From Azolla caroliniana (taxonomy: Eukaryota; Plantae; Polypodiophyta), in the NCBI GenBank assembly GCA_043228905.1, contig JBHGNT010000009.1:5084001-5148000 (forward strand): DNA of 64,000 bases, in the 5' to 3' direction. The notes beneath the pieces are model-generated. The model searched no databases, had not been told where the DNA came from, and worked only from the letters and a program-made list of their open reading frames with translations. Made by a program: the position numbers and the translations under genes. Positions 63,950-64,000 of this stretch are shown here, one piece after another (position 1 is the first letter of the stretch; every line of letters starts with the position of its first letter).

Positions 63950-64000
63950 ATATCGGCCAAAGAAATAAATACGTGTTTGATTCCAACACAAGAGGACCCT

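Overview
Eukaryotic land-plant nuclear DNA. A fern or other seed-free plant is my inference from protein similarity and TE style; it is not proven. I hand-spliced six intact, intron-containing genes: a TPX2-motif microtubule-associated protein (-, 2015..5680), cycloartenol synthase (+, 15943..22561, 18 exons, one GC-AG intron), splicing factor SMU2/RED/IK (+, 25160..30704), a two-exon small HSP (-, 32463..33430), a HAK/KUP/KT potassium transporter (-, 34939..39364) and a 10-exon lambda-class GST (-, 42365..48844). The GST and sHSP exon 1 are essentially invisible in the ORF track. Intergenic space holds nested LINEs, solo LTRs with TSDs, a hAT-type MITE, degenerate Copia and Gypsy elements and many short tandem arrays. 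The most intriguing signal is inside SMU2. Intron 9 carries three upstream copies of the exon-10 acceptor, each leading to a premature stop, and intron 11 carries a duplicated exon end with a candidate in-frame alternative donor. Together these may form an autoregulatory splice-site array. A second notable signal is a LINE family whose copies end in, or sit inside, (TC)n microsatellites. All models are manual and no database searches were run.
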